DNA of 64,000 bases from Chloroflexota bacterium (GCA_029265355.1 JAJUJL010000005.1:18208-82207); one strand, 5' to 3'. Numbered from the stretch's first letter, positions 28,231-38,623 are shown. Notes: a model not told the origin generated them from the letters alone. Numbers and translations are program-made.

Positions 28231-30816
28231 ATGAACCTGGATCGCTATACCCAAAAATCACAAGAAGCCCTGTTCAGCGCCCAGCGCCTGGCCGAGTCGC
28301 TCAACCACCAGAGCATCGAGCCGGCGCACCTGCTGCTGGCGCTGCTGGAGCAGGAGGACGGGGTGGTACCCGCCCTGGTAACGCGCATCGCCGGCAGCAC
28401 GCTGGCGCTGCGCGAAGAAGTGCAGCAGGAACTGGAAAAGCGCCCCAAAGTGTACGGCGGCGGGGGGCAGGTGGGGCTTTCCCGGCAGACCTCCGATGTG
28501 CTGGCAGCCGCCGAGCGCTACGCCAAGGGCATGTCCGACGAGTACGTCTCCACCGAGCACATCCTGCTCGGACTGGCTGAGTCCAGCGAGGGGCGCCGCC
28601 TGGAGCAGTACGGGCTGACCAAGGACGCCATTCTGAAAGCCCTGGCCAGTGTGCGCGGCACGCAGCGCGTCACCAGCCAGGAGCCGGAGAGCACCTACCA
28701 GGCGCTGGAAAAATACGGCCGCGATCTGACCGCCCTGGCGCGCCAGGGCAAGATGGACCCGGTCATCGGGCGCGATGAAGAGATCCGCCGCGTGGTGCAA
28801 ATCCTGTCGCGGCGCACCAAGAACAACCCGGCCCTGATCGGCGACCCCGGCGTGGGCAAGACCGCTATCGTCGAGGGCCTGGCGCAGCGCATCGTCAACG
28901 GCGACGTGCCGGAGGGTCTCAAGCGCAAGCGCCTGGTGCAGCTCGACATGGGCGCGCTGGTGGCAGGCGCCAAGTACCGCGGCGAGTTCGAGGAGCGCTT
29001 GAAAGCCGTGCTAAAGGAGATCGCTGACGCCGCCGGCGAGATCATCCTGTTCGTGGATGAGATGCACACCGTGGTAGGCGCTGGCGCAGCCGAAGGCGCC
29101 ATGGATGCCGGCAATATGCTCAAGCCGATGCTGGCGCGCGGTGAACTGCACATGATCGGCGCCACCACCATCGACGAATACCGCAAGCACGTGGAGAAAG
29201 ACCCCGCCCTGGAGCGTCGCTTCCAGCCGGTGCTGGTGGAAGAACCCTCTGTAGAAGAAACCATCAGCATCCTGCGCGGGCTGAAAGAGCGCTACGAAGT
29301 GCACCACGGTGTGCGCATCACCGACCCGGCAGTGATCGCCGCCGCCACCCTCTCCCACCGCTACATCGCTGACCGGCACCTGCCCGACAAAGCCATCGAC
29401 CTGATCGATGAAGCCGCTGCCCGCCTGCGCACCGAGATCGACTCCAAGCCTTCGGCGCTGGACGAAGTCGATCGCAGCGTGATGCAATTGGAGATCGAAC
29501 GCGAGGCGCTGAAAAAAGAAAAAGACAAAGCCTCCAAAGAGCGTTTGGAAAAGCTGGAGCGCGAATTGGCCGACCTGCGCGAGCAGTCCAGCCAACTGCG
29601 CAGTCGCTGGGAGACGGAGAAGACTGCCATCGCCGAGCTGCGCAGCATCAAGGAGCAGATCGAGCAGGCGCGGGTCGAGATGGAACAGGCCGAACGCCGC
29701 GCCGAGTTGGAGAAAGCGGCCCGCCTGCGCTACGGCACGCTGCGCGAGCTGGAAATGCGCCTGGCGGAGGGCGAGCGCCGCCTGAAAGAGCTGCAGCAGC
29801 AAGGCGCCTTGCTCAAAGAAGAGGTGGACGCTGAGGAGATCGCCCAGGTAGTCGCACGCTGGACCGGCGTGCCGGTTTCGCGCCTGCTGGAGGGTGAGAT
29901 GGAAAAGCTGGTGCACATGGAAGAGCGCCTGCACCGGCGCGTGGTGGGGCAGGAGGGCGCCCTGCGAGCGGTATCCAACGCCGTGCGCCGCTCGCGCGCC
30001 GGCTTGCAGGATCCCAACCGCCCGATGGGCAGCTTCATCTTCCTGGGTCCAACCGGCGTGGGCAAGACCGAGCTGGCGCGCGCCCTGGCGGAATTCCTGT
30101 TCGACGACGAGCGCGCCATGGTGCGCATCGACATGAGCGAATACCAGGAGAAGCACACCGTCTCACGCCTGGTGGGGGCGCCTCCGGGCTACGTGGGCTA
30201 CGATGAGGGTGGGCAGCTCACCGAAGCAGTACGCCGCCGCCCGTACAGCGTGGTGCTGTTCGACGAGATCGAGAAAGCCCACCCGGAGGTGTTCAACGTG
30301 CTGCTGCAGCTCCTGGATGACGGTCGCCTGACCGATGGCCATGGGCGCACGGTGGACTTCCGCAACACGCTGGTGATCATGACCAGCAACCTGGGCAATA
30401 CCTTGTGGGAAGGCGGGCGCAGCGCCACGCGCGACGAGGTGCAGCGCGTGCTAGCGGCCCATTTCCGCCCCGAGTTTCTCAACCGCATCGACGAGATCGT
30501 CATCTTCCATGCCTTGAGCCGCGCGCACCTGGCAGAGATCGTGGACATCCAACTGCGCCTTGCTGCCGCCCGATTGAATGAGCGCGGTTACACCCTGGAG
30601 GTGAGCGAGGCGGCTCGCGAATTCCTGGCGGAAGTGGGCTATGACCCGGATTACGGCGCCCGCCCGCTGAAGCGCGCCATCCAAAGAGAGCTGCAGGACC
30701 CGCTGGCGCTGCGACTGCTCTCCGGCGAGTTCCCCGAGGGCAGCATCATTCGCGTGGATCGCGGCGCAGAAGGATTGGAATTCACGCCTGTGCTGCAGGC
30801 GGAAGTGATCGAGTAA
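28231..30816 (+). CDS. clpB: ATP-dependent disaggregase ClpB
   Basis: 861-aa ORF with two AAA+ modules ([16 protein letters not shown]) separated by a long coiled-coil middle domain. Confidence 0.97.
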   Translation: MNLDRYTQKSQEALFSAQRLAESLNHQSIEPAHLLLALLEQEDGVVPALVTRIAGSTLALREEVQQELEKRPKVYGGGGQVGLSRQTSDVLAAAERYAKGMSDEYVSTEHILLGLAESSEGRRLEQYGLTKDAILKALASVRGTQRVTSQEPESTYQALEKYGRDLTALARQGKMDPVIGRDEEIRRVVQILSRRTKNNPALIGDPGVGKTAIVEGLAQRIVNGDVPEGLKRKRLVQLDMGALVAGAKYRGEFEERLKAVLKEIADAAGEIILFVDEMHTVVGAGAAEGAMDAGNMLKPMLARGELHMIGATTIDEYRKHVEKDPALERRFQPVLVEEPSVEETISILRGLKERYEVHHGVRITDPAVIAAATLSHRYIADRHLPDKAIDLIDEAAARLRTEIDSKPSALDEVDRSVMQLEIEREALKKEKDKASKERLEKLERELADLREQSSQLRSRWETEKTAIAELRSIKEQIEQARVEMEQAERRAELEKAARLRYGTLRELEMRLAEGERRLKELQQQGALLKEEVDAEEIAQVVARWTGVPVSRLLEGEMEKLVHMEERLHRRVVGQEGALRAVSNAVRRSRAGLQDPNRPMGSFIFLGPTGVGKTELARALAEFLFDDERAMVRIDMSEYQEKHTVSRLVGAPPGYVGYDEGGQLTEAVRRRPYSVVLFDEIEKAHPEVFNVLLQLLDDGRLTDGHGRTVDFRNTLVIMTSNLGNTLWEGGRSATRDEVQRVLAAHFRPEFLNRIDEIVIFHALSRAHLAEIVDIQLRLAAARLNERGYTLEVSEAAREFLAEVGYDPDYGARPLKRAIQRELQDPLALRLLSGEFPEGSIIRVDRGAEGLEFTPVLQAEVIE

Positions 30817-30861
30817 AATCAAGCCACCCGGCGAATTTTCCCGAGCTTAAGCTTGTTGACC

Positions 30862-30900
30862 AGCGCAGCCTGAGCAACTCAGGCTGCGCTGGTTTGTTTG
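30862..30900 (+). terminator. Intrinsic terminator after clpB
   Basis: 13-bp perfect stem AGCGCAGCCTGAG / CTCAGGCTGCGCT with a 3-nt loop, followed by GGTTTGTTTG. Confidence 0.8.
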
Positions 30901-31178
30901 CGAGCAGAGTATTCAAGTGCAGCGTGGCTCATCAACAATAGCTGTCCCCTGGCGTCCGTCTGGTGGATAGGGGGCCACTGGCGTCATGTTGATCATCCCA
31001 TTTTCCGATGTCAGGGTCATTCATTTGCGTCTTGCATAACAAGAAGTAGGGCAAGCTGTCAGCTTGCCCACCCACCCCGAACAGGCTGACAGCTCGTCCT
31101 ACGATGGTTGAGGCCAGGATGTCGCCTATCCAATCCCCATAAATCGAGTAAAATGTCAGCAGGGCGCCTCTGCTGACC

Positions 31179-31634
31179 ATGATCTACCGCCAAAAAGTCT
31201 ACGCCTACATCACCCGCGGCGATGAGCTGCTGGTCTTCCGCCACGTCGACTTCCCCGATGCCGGCATCCAGGTGCCGGGGGGCACGCTGGAAGCAGGCGA
31301 GGACCCTGCTCAGGGCGCGCTGCGCGAGGCGTCGGAAGAGACCGGGCTGGAAAGATTACAGGAGGTTGGGTATTTGGGCGCGCACGAGTGGCGTTTTGCC
31401 GATGGTCGCCAGGAGGCGCACCTGAGGCACTTCTACCATCTGCTCAGCGACAAGCCTATGCCGGAAACCTGGCAGCATGCCGAGATGCACCCCAGCGATG
31501 GCACGCCCGGCGAGATCCTGTTCGAGTTCTACTGGACGCCGCTTTCACAGGCGAGCGCAGTGCTGCACCCGTACTATGTGGCTTTCATAGAGGCGCTTCA
31601 GCAGAAGCTTGGTTTAAAAAATTGGCGCAAATAA
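31179..31634 (+). CDS. NUDIX hydrolase
   Basis: Nudix box GGTLEAGEDPAQGALREASEETGL. Confidence 0.8.
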   Translation: MIYRQKVYAYITRGDELLVFRHVDFPDAGIQVPGGTLEAGEDPAQGALREASEETGLERLQEVGYLGAHEWRFADGRQEAHLRHFYHLLSDKPMPETWQHAEMHPSDGTPGEILFEFYWTPLSQASAVLHPYYVAFIEALQQKLGLKNWRK

Positions 31635-31640
31635 GAATTA

Positions 31641-31707
31641 ACCGCAAAGGCGCAAAGAACGCCCGTTTGATTTCGTGGAATTCAGGCGATCTTGGCGCAT
31701 TGGCGGT
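31641..31707. repeat. Imperfect palindromic intergenic element after the NUDIX gene
   Basis: 22-nt arms ACCGCAAAGGCGCAAAGAACGC / GCGATCTTGGCGCATTGGCGGT (18 of 22 complementary) with a 23-nt spacer. Confidence 0.5.
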
Positions 31708-31807
31708 GAAATCATGTTTTAACCGTGGAAATCTTCGTCCTCTGTGAAGAGATTTTTAGCATCTGCGAGAGCCTGCAAACTCAACCCGAAAAACAAGGAG
31801 CCACCCC

Positions 31808-33745
31808 ATGTCAATTACCGCCCCATACGGATCCTGGAAATCGCCCATCACCTCCGAGCTAATCGTCTCGAAGAACATCTCGCTGGGCAGCGCCTTCTTC
31901 GCCGGCGAGGACATCTACTGGATCGAAGCACGCCCCTCCGATGGCGGGCGCCAGGTGCTGGTGCGTCGCACACTCGATGGGCAGATCAGCGATGTCACCC
32001 CTGCCCCGTTCAATGTGCGCACCCGGGTGCATGAGTACGGTGGGCGCTGCCATGTTATCCACGACGGTGTGCTGTATTTTGCCAACTTCGCCGACCAGCG
32101 CCTGTACGCTCAGAAGATCGGCGGCGATCCACAGCCGCTCACGCCCGAAGGCGAATTGCGCTACGCTGACCCCATTGTGGATGCTGCCCGCCGGCGGTTG
32201 ATCTGCGTGCGCGAGGATCACACCCAGCCAGGCAAAGAGGCGACCAACACGCTGGCGAGCATTGACCTGACGGACGGCGCCCGGCAGGCGGTGCTGGTTT
32301 CTGGACATGACTTCTACTCCGACCCGCGCCTGAGCCCGGATGGCAGGCGCCTGTCCTGGCTCGCCTGGAACCATCCCAACCTGCCCTGGGACGGCACCGA
32401 GCTGTACGTGGCTGAGCTGCAGGCAGATGGCTCCCTGGGCACGGCTGTGCTGGTCGCCGGCGGACCGGAAGAGTCCATCTTCCAGCCGGAATGGTCGCCA
32501 GACGGTGTGCTACACTTCGTCTCCGACCGCAGCGGCTGGTGGAACCTGTATCGCTGGGCTGGCGGGCAGGTGGAAGCTCTGCATCCGATGGAGGCCGAGT
32601 TTGGCCTGCCGCAGTGGGTGTTTGGCATGGATACCTACGGTTTTGCTTCGGCAGAACGCATCATCTGCACCTTCACTCGGAATGGCGTCTGGCAACTCGC
32701 CAGCCTGGACCTGCGCACGAAAGAACTTACCCGCATTGCCACTCCCTACTCGGATATTCTGCGCCCAGACGTCAAAGGCAACCAGGTGCTTTTCCTGGGC
32801 GCCTCGCCCACCATACCCTTCTGCGTAGTGAAGCTCGACCTGTCCAGCGGACAGATGGAGACGCTGCGCTGCTCCAGCCAGGTGGAGATCGACCCCGGAT
32901 ACCTGAGCCTGCCGCAGGTGATTGAATTCCCCACCGAGAATGGGCAGACCGCCTTCGCCAATTTCTACCCGCCACAAAACAAGGATTACACCGCGCCGTC
33001 CGGCGAACTCCCACCGCTGATCGTGCACAGCCACGGCGGGCCAACCTCGGCGTATTCAACCGCCTTCAACCTGGGCACCCAATTCTGGACCAGCCGCGGC
33101 TTCGCGGTGGTGGATGTCAACTATGGCGGCAGCACCGGCTACGGGCGCAAGTACCGCGAGCGTTTGAATGGGCAATGGGGCGTGGTGGATGTGAACGACT
33201 GCGCCAATGCGGCGCGTTACCTGGCTTCCCAGGGGCTGGTGGACGGCGCGCGCCTGGCGATCAGCGGCGGCAGCGCTGGCGGCTACACCACGCTGTGCGC
33301 CCTGGCGTTCACGGATGTATTCAAAGCCGGCGCCAGCCATTTCGGCATCGGCGACCTGGAGACTTTCGTTTACGACACCCATAAATTCGAATCGCGCTAC
33401 CTGGACCGCCTGGTAGGACCCTACCCGGAACGCAAAGACCTGTACCGCCAGCGCTCGGCGATCCATTACGTCGATCAGATCAACTGCCCGGTAATTCTGT
33501 TCCAGGGACTGGAGGACAAAATCGTGCCGCCCAGCCAGTCGGAGACCATGTTCGCTGCAGTGCGCGCCAAAGGCTTGCCGGCAGCCTACGTGCCCTTCGA
33601 GGGCGAGCAGCACGGCTTCCGCAAAGCCGAGAATATCCGGCGCGCCCTGGAAGGCGAGCTGTATTTCTACGCCCGCATCTTCGGCTTCGAGCTGGCGGAA
33701 CCAGTCGAGCCGGTGAAGATAGAGAATCTCGAGATGTCATCCTGA
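31808..33745 (+). CDS. S9-family serine peptidase (prolyl oligopeptidase / dipeptidyl aminopeptidase-like)
   Basis: N-terminal beta-propeller-like region and a C-terminal alpha/beta hydrolase with nucleophile elbow GGSAGGY and late D...H (EGEQHGF). AAGGAG Shine-Dalgarno sequence upstream. Confidence 0.88.
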   Translation: MSITAPYGSWKSPITSELIVSKNISLGSAFFAGEDIYWIEARPSDGGRQVLVRRTLDGQISDVTPAPFNVRTRVHEYGGRCHVIHDGVLYFANFADQRLYAQKIGGDPQPLTPEGELRYADPIVDAARRRLICVREDHTQPGKEATNTLASIDLTDGARQAVLVSGHDFYSDPRLSPDGRRLSWLAWNHPNLPWDGTELYVAELQADGSLGTAVLVAGGPEESIFQPEWSPDGVLHFVSDRSGWWNLYRWAGGQVEALHPMEAEFGLPQWVFGMDTYGFASAERIICTFTRNGVWQLASLDLRTKELTRIATPYSDILRPDVKGNQVLFLGASPTIPFCVVKLDLSSGQMETLRCSSQVEIDPGYLSLPQVIEFPTENGQTAFANFYPPQNKDYTAPSGELPPLIVHSHGGPTSAYSTAFNLGTQFWTSRGFAVVDVNYGGSTGYGRKYRERLNGQWGVVDVNDCANAARYLASQGLVDGARLAISGGSAGGYTTLCALAFTDVFKAGASHFGIGDLETFVYDTHKFESRYLDRLVGPYPERKDLYRQRSAIHYVDQINCPVILFQGLEDKIVPPSQSETMFAAVRAKGLPAAYVPFEGEQHGFRKAENIRRALEGELYFYARIFGFELAEPVEPVKIENLEMSS

Positions 33746-33748
33746 GCG
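33736..33748 (+). repeat. Second copy of the GTCATCCTGAGCG motif
   Basis: Shares TCATCCTGAGC with the element at 25263..25297. The motif supplies the stop codon of the S9 peptidase gene. Confidence 0.35.
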
Positions 33749-33819
33749 CCAATCCTGCGGATTAGACAGCGAAGGATCTGTGTGACGATCTTGAGAGATG
33801 TTTCGCCTCTACATCAATC

Positions 33820-33894
33820 CGTAGGGGTAAAGCATTTGCCTGGAGCAGCACGCCTCTCAACAGGAGGGGTATTGGCAAATGCTTTACCCCTACG
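33820..33894. repeat. Perfect 21-bp inverted repeat with 33-nt spacer
   Basis: CGTAGGGGTAAAGCATTTGCC ... GGCAAATGCTTTACCCCTACG. It ends 12 nt before the ATG at 33907. Confidence 0.6.
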
Positions 33895-33906
33895 AAAGAC
33901 ATAGCC

Positions 33907-34863
33907 ATGCACGATCCTCCTGCAAACCCGATTAATCAGATTCTCTTCTGGCTCCTCCAGGGTGATCCATCCATCCGTTGGCAGGTGCAGCGCGATCTGC
34001 TGGACGCCCCTGCTGAAGCCTATGAAGCCGAACGGCGGCTGGTCGCCAGCCAGGGCTGGGGGGCGCGCCTGCTGGAAAGACAGGATCCCGGCGGCACGTG
34101 GGGCGGCGGGCTGTACAGCCCCAAGTGGATCTCCACCACTTACACGCTGCTGACGCTGCGCTTCCTGGGGCTGCCGGCGGAAAACGAGCAGGCGCAGCGC
34201 GGCTGCCAGATGCTTCTCGATCGCGGTTTTTACCAGGACGGCGGCATCAATTACTCCACCGGCACATCTAAATACAGCGAAACCTGCGTCACCGGTATGG
34301 TGCTCTCGATCCTGGCGCACTTTCACTACCCCGACCCGCGCCTGGAGCGCCTGGCGGAGCACCTGCTGCGCCAGCAGATGCCCGACGGCGGCTGGAACTG
34401 CGAATCGTATAAAGGCGCCACGCACAGCTCGTTCCACACCACCCTTTCTGTACTGGAAGGGCTGCACCTTTACGAGCAGCTCGACCCGCCCGGTAAGGGC
34501 GCGCTGCGCCAGGCGCAGGCAAACGGCCGCGAGTTCCTGCTACAGCACCGCCTGTACCGCTCGCACCGCACCGGGGAGGTGGTGGATGACGCCATGACGC
34601 GCTTTGCCTTCCCGCCGCGCTGGCGCTATGACGTGCTGCGCGCCCTGGAATACTTCGCCGCCTGCCGCGCCGACCGTGACCCGCGCCTGCAGGATAGCCT
34701 CGATCTGTTGGTCAAGAAGCGCCTCGCAGACGGGCGCTGGCCTGCCTTCCGCGGCATGAGCGGGCGCACCTACTTTGAAATGGAAACGCCCGGCGAGCCG
34801 GGACGATGGAATACCTTGCGCGCTTCGCGCGTGCTGCGCTGGTGGGGAAATTTGTCAAAATAA
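33907..34863 (+). CDS. Hypothetical protein, possibly alpha/alpha-toroid (prenyltransferase/terpene-cyclase-like repeats)
   Basis: 318-aa ORF with recurring D/PGGW-type motifs (DPGGTWGGG, QDGGINY, PDGGWNCE, ADGRWP). The fold assignment is recognition only. Confidence 0.55.
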   Translation: MHDPPANPINQILFWLLQGDPSIRWQVQRDLLDAPAEAYEAERRLVASQGWGARLLERQDPGGTWGGGLYSPKWISTTYTLLTLRFLGLPAENEQAQRGCQMLLDRGFYQDGGINYSTGTSKYSETCVTGMVLSILAHFHYPDPRLERLAEHLLRQQMPDGGWNCESYKGATHSSFHTTLSVLEGLHLYEQLDPPGKGALRQAQANGREFLLQHRLYRSHRTGEVVDDAMTRFAFPPRWRYDVLRALEYFAACRADRDPRLQDSLDLLVKKRLADGRWPAFRGMSGRTYFEMETPGEPGRWNTLRASRVLRWWGNLSK

Positions 34864-34967
34864 TTCGGATTCAGCCGTATCTCTTTTGCGAATCGTGCGT
34901 CATAGTATATGGATTTCAAAAACTCCTTCAGCCGGCCCGCAGGGTTTCCTGCGATCTCCTCTCTCTC

Positions 34968-35001
34968 GGGGGCGTGCCCACTCCACGCCCCCGGATTTTT
35001 T
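34968..35001 (+). terminator. Intrinsic terminator about 105 nt after the 33907..34863 gene
   Basis: GGGGGCGTG / CACGCCCCC stem with a 7-nt loop, followed by GGATTTTTT. Confidence 0.7.
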
Positions 35002-35061
35002 ATTAAGCACGGGCTTGCGCATGGCGGCCGTTCACAACCGCCATTTAATATATAATCATCG

Positions 35062-38000
35062 GTGGAGGTGAAATTGCCACGTTTGAAGCTGTACACCCTG
35101 GGAGCGGCGCGCATCGAGCTGCAGGGCAAAGCGGTCACGCTCGACCGCGCCCAGGCTGCTGGTTTGCTCTTCTACCTGGCCGCCAGCGGCAAAGCTCACA
35201 GTCGTGAAACCCTCGCGGCAATGTTTTGGCCAGACAGCGAAACCAGCCGCGCCTTTGCCTACCTGCGACGCTCGATCTTCGCCATCAAGCAAGCGTTGGG
35301 CGAAAGTTGGCTGGCGACTGACAGGGAACTGGTCGCCCTCGCTCGTCCAGGTGATACCTGGCTGGATGCCGCCGAGTTCCGCCGCCTGGTGGCTGCTGCC
35401 CGCCGACACGCACACGCCTCCCCGCAGGCTTGCTCGGAGTGCAGAGAAATGCTGGAAAACGCCGCAAACCTGTACCAGGGCGATTTTTTGGCAGGTTTCA
35501 TCCTGCGCGACAGCCCAGAGTTCGATGACTGGCGTTTCTTCCAGAATGAGGAGTTGCGCCAGCAAGCCGCCTGGGTGCTTCAGGCGCTGGCGATCCATCA
35601 CCAGCGCAGCCAGGAGCTAGAAGAGGCGCTGGCGTACGCCCGCCGCTGGCTGGCGATGGACGCACTGCACGAACCAGCTCACCGCCTGCTGATGGAGCTT
35701 TACGCCCAGCACGGTCAACGCAGCGCCGCTATGCGCCAGTACGAGGAATGCCTTAGATTGCTGCAGGAGGAATTGGGCGTCAAGCCTGAGCCGGAAACAG
35801 CCGCACTGGCGCAGCGCATCCGCCGCGGCGAGGTGCACAAGCTGGATGCGAGCTCGCTCTCTGTTGGCGCATCCGCGCCTGAACAACCATTCCCAGCGGC
35901 AGCCACCTCGCCCCCGGCTGAAAGCGCCGCGCATGTCCGTCCGCCGGTGCACCTGCCAGTGCAGACCACCCCGTTTGTGGGCCGTGAAAGCGAGCTGGCC
36001 GCGATCAGCCAGTTGATCTTAAACCAGGACTGCCGCCTGCTAACGCTGCTTGGCCCAGGCGGCATTGGCAAAACGCGCCTGGCGCTTCAGGCAGCGCTTC
36101 AGGCAGCGTCAGCCAGCAACGGGCGCTTTGCTCACGGCGTGTACTTTGTGCCTTTGGCGTCCGTGCAAGATGCCGAGGGGCTGCCCCAGGCGGTGGCTGG
36201 TACGCTGGGGCTGACCTTCCGCAGCCAGGAAATCATGGGCGTGGAAGGACAATCGCCCCTCGAGCAGTTGCTGGATTACCTGCGCCCGCGGCGCATGCTG
36301 CTGGTGCTGGATAACTTCGAGCAGCTCGTCCCGACGGCTGGCACTCTCTCCAGGATGCTGGAGACGGCGCCAGCCTTGCAGATCATTGTCACCTCGCGCC
36401 AGCGGCTGGATTTGATGGAAGAGTGGGTGATGGATGTGCGCGGCATGGACCTGCCGCCGGAGGAGACGCACAGCGCCATGGAAACATCCAGCGCCGTGCG
36501 CCTCTTTGTACAGGCTGCCCGCCGGGCGCAGGTCGATTTTCAGCTCGGCCAGGCTAACTATGCCCACGTGGCGCGCATTTGCCGCCTGCTGCAGGGAACG
36601 CCGCTGGGCATCGAGCTGGCGGCAGCCTGGGTCAAGCTGCTCTCGTGCCAGGAGATCGCTGTTGAAATCACGCGCAGTCTCGACTTCCTGGAAACCAGTC
36701 AGCGCGGCTACGCCGAGCGACACCAGAGCTTGCGGGCGGTTTTCGATCATTCCTGGGCGCTGCTTTCGGCTGCCGAGCGGCAAGCCCTGCAGCGCCTGTC
36801 GGTCTTCCGCAGCGCTTTCCACCGGGAGGCTGCTCAGCATGTGGCAGGCGCCTCCCTGGGTATGCTCAAGGCCTTGGCCGATCGCTCGCTGTTGCGTTCC
36901 ACCGAGCATGGGCGATTTGCCATCCACGAGTTGCTACGCCAGTTCGCCTGGGAGAGGCTGTCGGCTTCTCCTGGCGAGCCACAGGCCACGCAGCAACGCT
37001 ACGCCTGTTACTACATCAATTACCTGGATGAGATCTCGGCCGGGCTGTACGGTCACGGGCAGACCGAATCGCTGGCGCGCATCCAGGAGAATTGGGAAGA
37101 TGTGCGCGTTGCCTGGAGGCTGGCGCTGCTCGATCAAACCATCAGCCTGCAAGCCGTATCGCGAGCCACAGATGCAATCTGGCTGTACTTCAGTATGCGC
37201 GGGCAGCAGCACGAAGGGCGCGTGGAGTTCGAAGGCGCCATCGCGCAGGTGCGCAAAGCGCACCTGGCTCAACCGGAGAGCCAGCGGCTGAGCGGTTTGC
37301 TGGCGATGTTGCTGGGAAGCGCCTGGAGCATTCACTCGCGGATCGAGTGGAACGAGGCGGTTCACGCCCTGCGCCGGGAGGCGCTCTCTCTGATGCCACA
37401 GTTGCCTGAAGCGTTGCACGCTTCCCTGGCGCTGCGGCTGGCGTTTGGCGTCTGGGCGCTGCCCCAAGAGGAAATCTCTGCCCTGATCGAACAAAGCGTT
37501 GCCGTATTCAAGCGCACCGGCAACCGCTGGGCAGAGGCCATGGCATACCTCGTGATCGGGGACTGGACTGGCACGAGCGGCGGCGAGCGCACCTGGAGCA
37601 ATTACCGGCAGGGTCTGGAGATCATGAAGGAGTTGGGCAATCCCTGGGGGACAGCGCTGGCGCTGCGCTCGTTGGCTGGATTGAATTTCCTGCTGGGTGA
37701 ATACCAGCAGGCAGCCGAGCTGCAGCAGCAGTCCCTGGCGCTGTTCCGTCAGTTTGGCGACCGCTGGCAAGCGACGTACTGCATGCTAGAGCTGGGCCAA
37801 CTAGCCTCAGCGCAGGGTGATTACGAGGCTGCAGTCGCCTGGTACCAGCAGAGCCTGGCCCACGTGCGCGAGATCGGCGACCTGGGGCTGCTCGCCGTGC
37901 ACCTGGAAAGTCTGGGACACACCCTGCTGCTGCAGCAAGAGTACCAGGAAGCGGAAGCTGCTTTCCAGGAAAGCCTGGCGCTATCTCAGCAAACCGGGAA

Positions 38001-38514
38001 CACGCGAGAGGTGGGCATGGCGCTAAGCAACCTGGCGAACATCGACCGGGCGCTTGGTCGCCCGGTGCAAGCCCGCCAGCGCCTGGTAGAAGCGCTGCCG
38101 CTCTTGGAAAGCGCTGGCGAACAGTGGAGTGTACTGGTATGCGTCAAACGCCTGGCAAGCGTATGCATCGAACAATCTTGCAGCGAAGATGCCCGCTCCT
38201 ACCTGCAGCGCTCCCTGGAGCTGGCTTTAGAGTTGGACCTGCCGCTCGAGATCTGCGATGTGTTGGTGCGCGCCGCAGCCTGGATGTTCGAGCAAAACCG
38301 CGCCGAGCGCGGGGTCGAGCTGGCTGCGATGTGCCTGGCGCAAACCTCGATCTTGATGGAGTCGCGCGAAGATGCCATGCACCTGTTGGCGCAGGGAGAC
38401 GACTTGCTGGATGAACAAACCTTTGAGGCGGCTGCCGCCCGCGGACGCGAGCTGGAACCAAAGACCGAACTCAAAGCCATTCTGGCAGAGCTGCAGCCTC
38501 AAGACGCCGGATGA
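35062..38514 (+). CDS. SARP/AfsR-like regulator: OmpR-type wHTH + BTAD + NB-ARC-like P-loop NTPase + TPR array (STAND class)
   Basis: 1150-aa ORF. BTAD signature (HEPAHRLLMELYAQHGQRSAAMRQYEECLRLL), Walker A GPGGIGKT (36052..36075), Walker B-like LLVLDNFEQ, and TPR-like repeats in the C-terminal half. GTG start; the exact start is uncertain. Confidence 0.85.
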   Translation: MEVKLPRLKLYTLGAARIELQGKAVTLDRAQAAGLLFYLAASGKAHSRETLAAMFWPDSETSRAFAYLRRSIFAIKQALGESWLATDRELVALARPGDTWLDAAEFRRLVAAARRHAHASPQACSECREMLENAANLYQGDFLAGFILRDSPEFDDWRFFQNEELRQQAAWVLQALAIHHQRSQELEEALAYARRWLAMDALHEPAHRLLMELYAQHGQRSAAMRQYEECLRLLQEELGVKPEPETAALAQRIRRGEVHKLDASSLSVGASAPEQPFPAAATSPPAESAAHVRPPVHLPVQTTPFVGRESELAAISQLILNQDCRLLTLLGPGGIGKTRLALQAALQAASASNGRFAHGVYFVPLASVQDAEGLPQAVAGTLGLTFRSQEIMGVEGQSPLEQLLDYLRPRRMLLVLDNFEQLVPTAGTLSRMLETAPALQIIVTSRQRLDLMEEWVMDVRGMDLPPEETHSAMETSSAVRLFVQAARRAQVDFQLGQANYAHVARICRLLQGTPLGIELAAAWVKLLSCQEIAVEITRSLDFLETSQRGYAERHQSLRAVFDHSWALLSAAERQALQRLSVFRSAFHREAAQHVAGASLGMLKALADRSLLRSTEHGRFAIHELLRQFAWERLSASPGEPQATQQRYACYYINYLDEISAGLYGHGQTESLARIQENWEDVRVAWRLALLDQTISLQAVSRATDAIWLYFSMRGQQHEGRVEFEGAIAQVRKAHLAQPESQRLSGLLAMLLGSAWSIHSRIEWNEAVHALRREALSLMPQLPEALHASLALRLAFGVWALPQEEISALIEQSVAVFKRTGNRWAEAMAYLVIGDWTGTSGGERTWSNYRQGLEIMKELGNPWGTALALRSLAGLNFLLGEYQQAAELQQQSLALFRQFGDRWQATYCMLELGQLASAQGDYEAAVAWYQQSLAHVREIGDLGLLAVHLESLGHTLLLQQEYQEAEAAFQESLALSQQTGNTREVGMALSNLANIDRALGRPVQARQRLVEALPLLESAGEQWSVLVCVKRLASVCIEQSCSEDARSYLQRSLELALELDLPLEICDVLVRAAAWMFEQNRAERGVELAAMCLAQTSILMESREDAMHLLAQGDDLLDEQTFEAAAARGRELEPKTELKAILAELQPQDAG

Positions 38515-38525
38515 CCAACGCATGG

Positions 38526-38553
38526 CAGGCTGCGCCGTCGTCGACGCAGCCTG
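38526..38553 (+). terminator. Hairpin after the STAND regulator gene
   Basis: CAGGCTGCG-N10-CGCAGCCTG followed by TTCATATT (weak U tract). Confidence 0.45.
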
Positions 38554-38623
38554 TTCATATTCCGCGCAAAGTTTTTGCGGCGCGGCACCCACGATGGATG
38601 CTTAGCAGCCCTGGCGAAAGAAC

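Noticed and set aside
30932-31180. 82-aa minus-strand ORF, and the 63-aa plus-strand ORF at 30898..31089, in the clpB-NUDIX intergenic region
   Set aside because: No Shine-Dalgarno sequence, no recognisable motif, and codon usage unlike the neighbouring genes. The region is dominated by hairpins, so it is treated as non-coding (see the finding at 30901..31178). A degraded pseudogene cannot be excluded.
35062-38514. Possibility that the STAND NTPase is an antiphage Avs/NLR-type defence protein
   Set aside because: The N-terminal module is a DNA-binding wHTH + BTAD (SARP) rather than a nuclease, protease, TIR or other effector. No defence-type neighbours are present. It is therefore called a transcriptional regulator.
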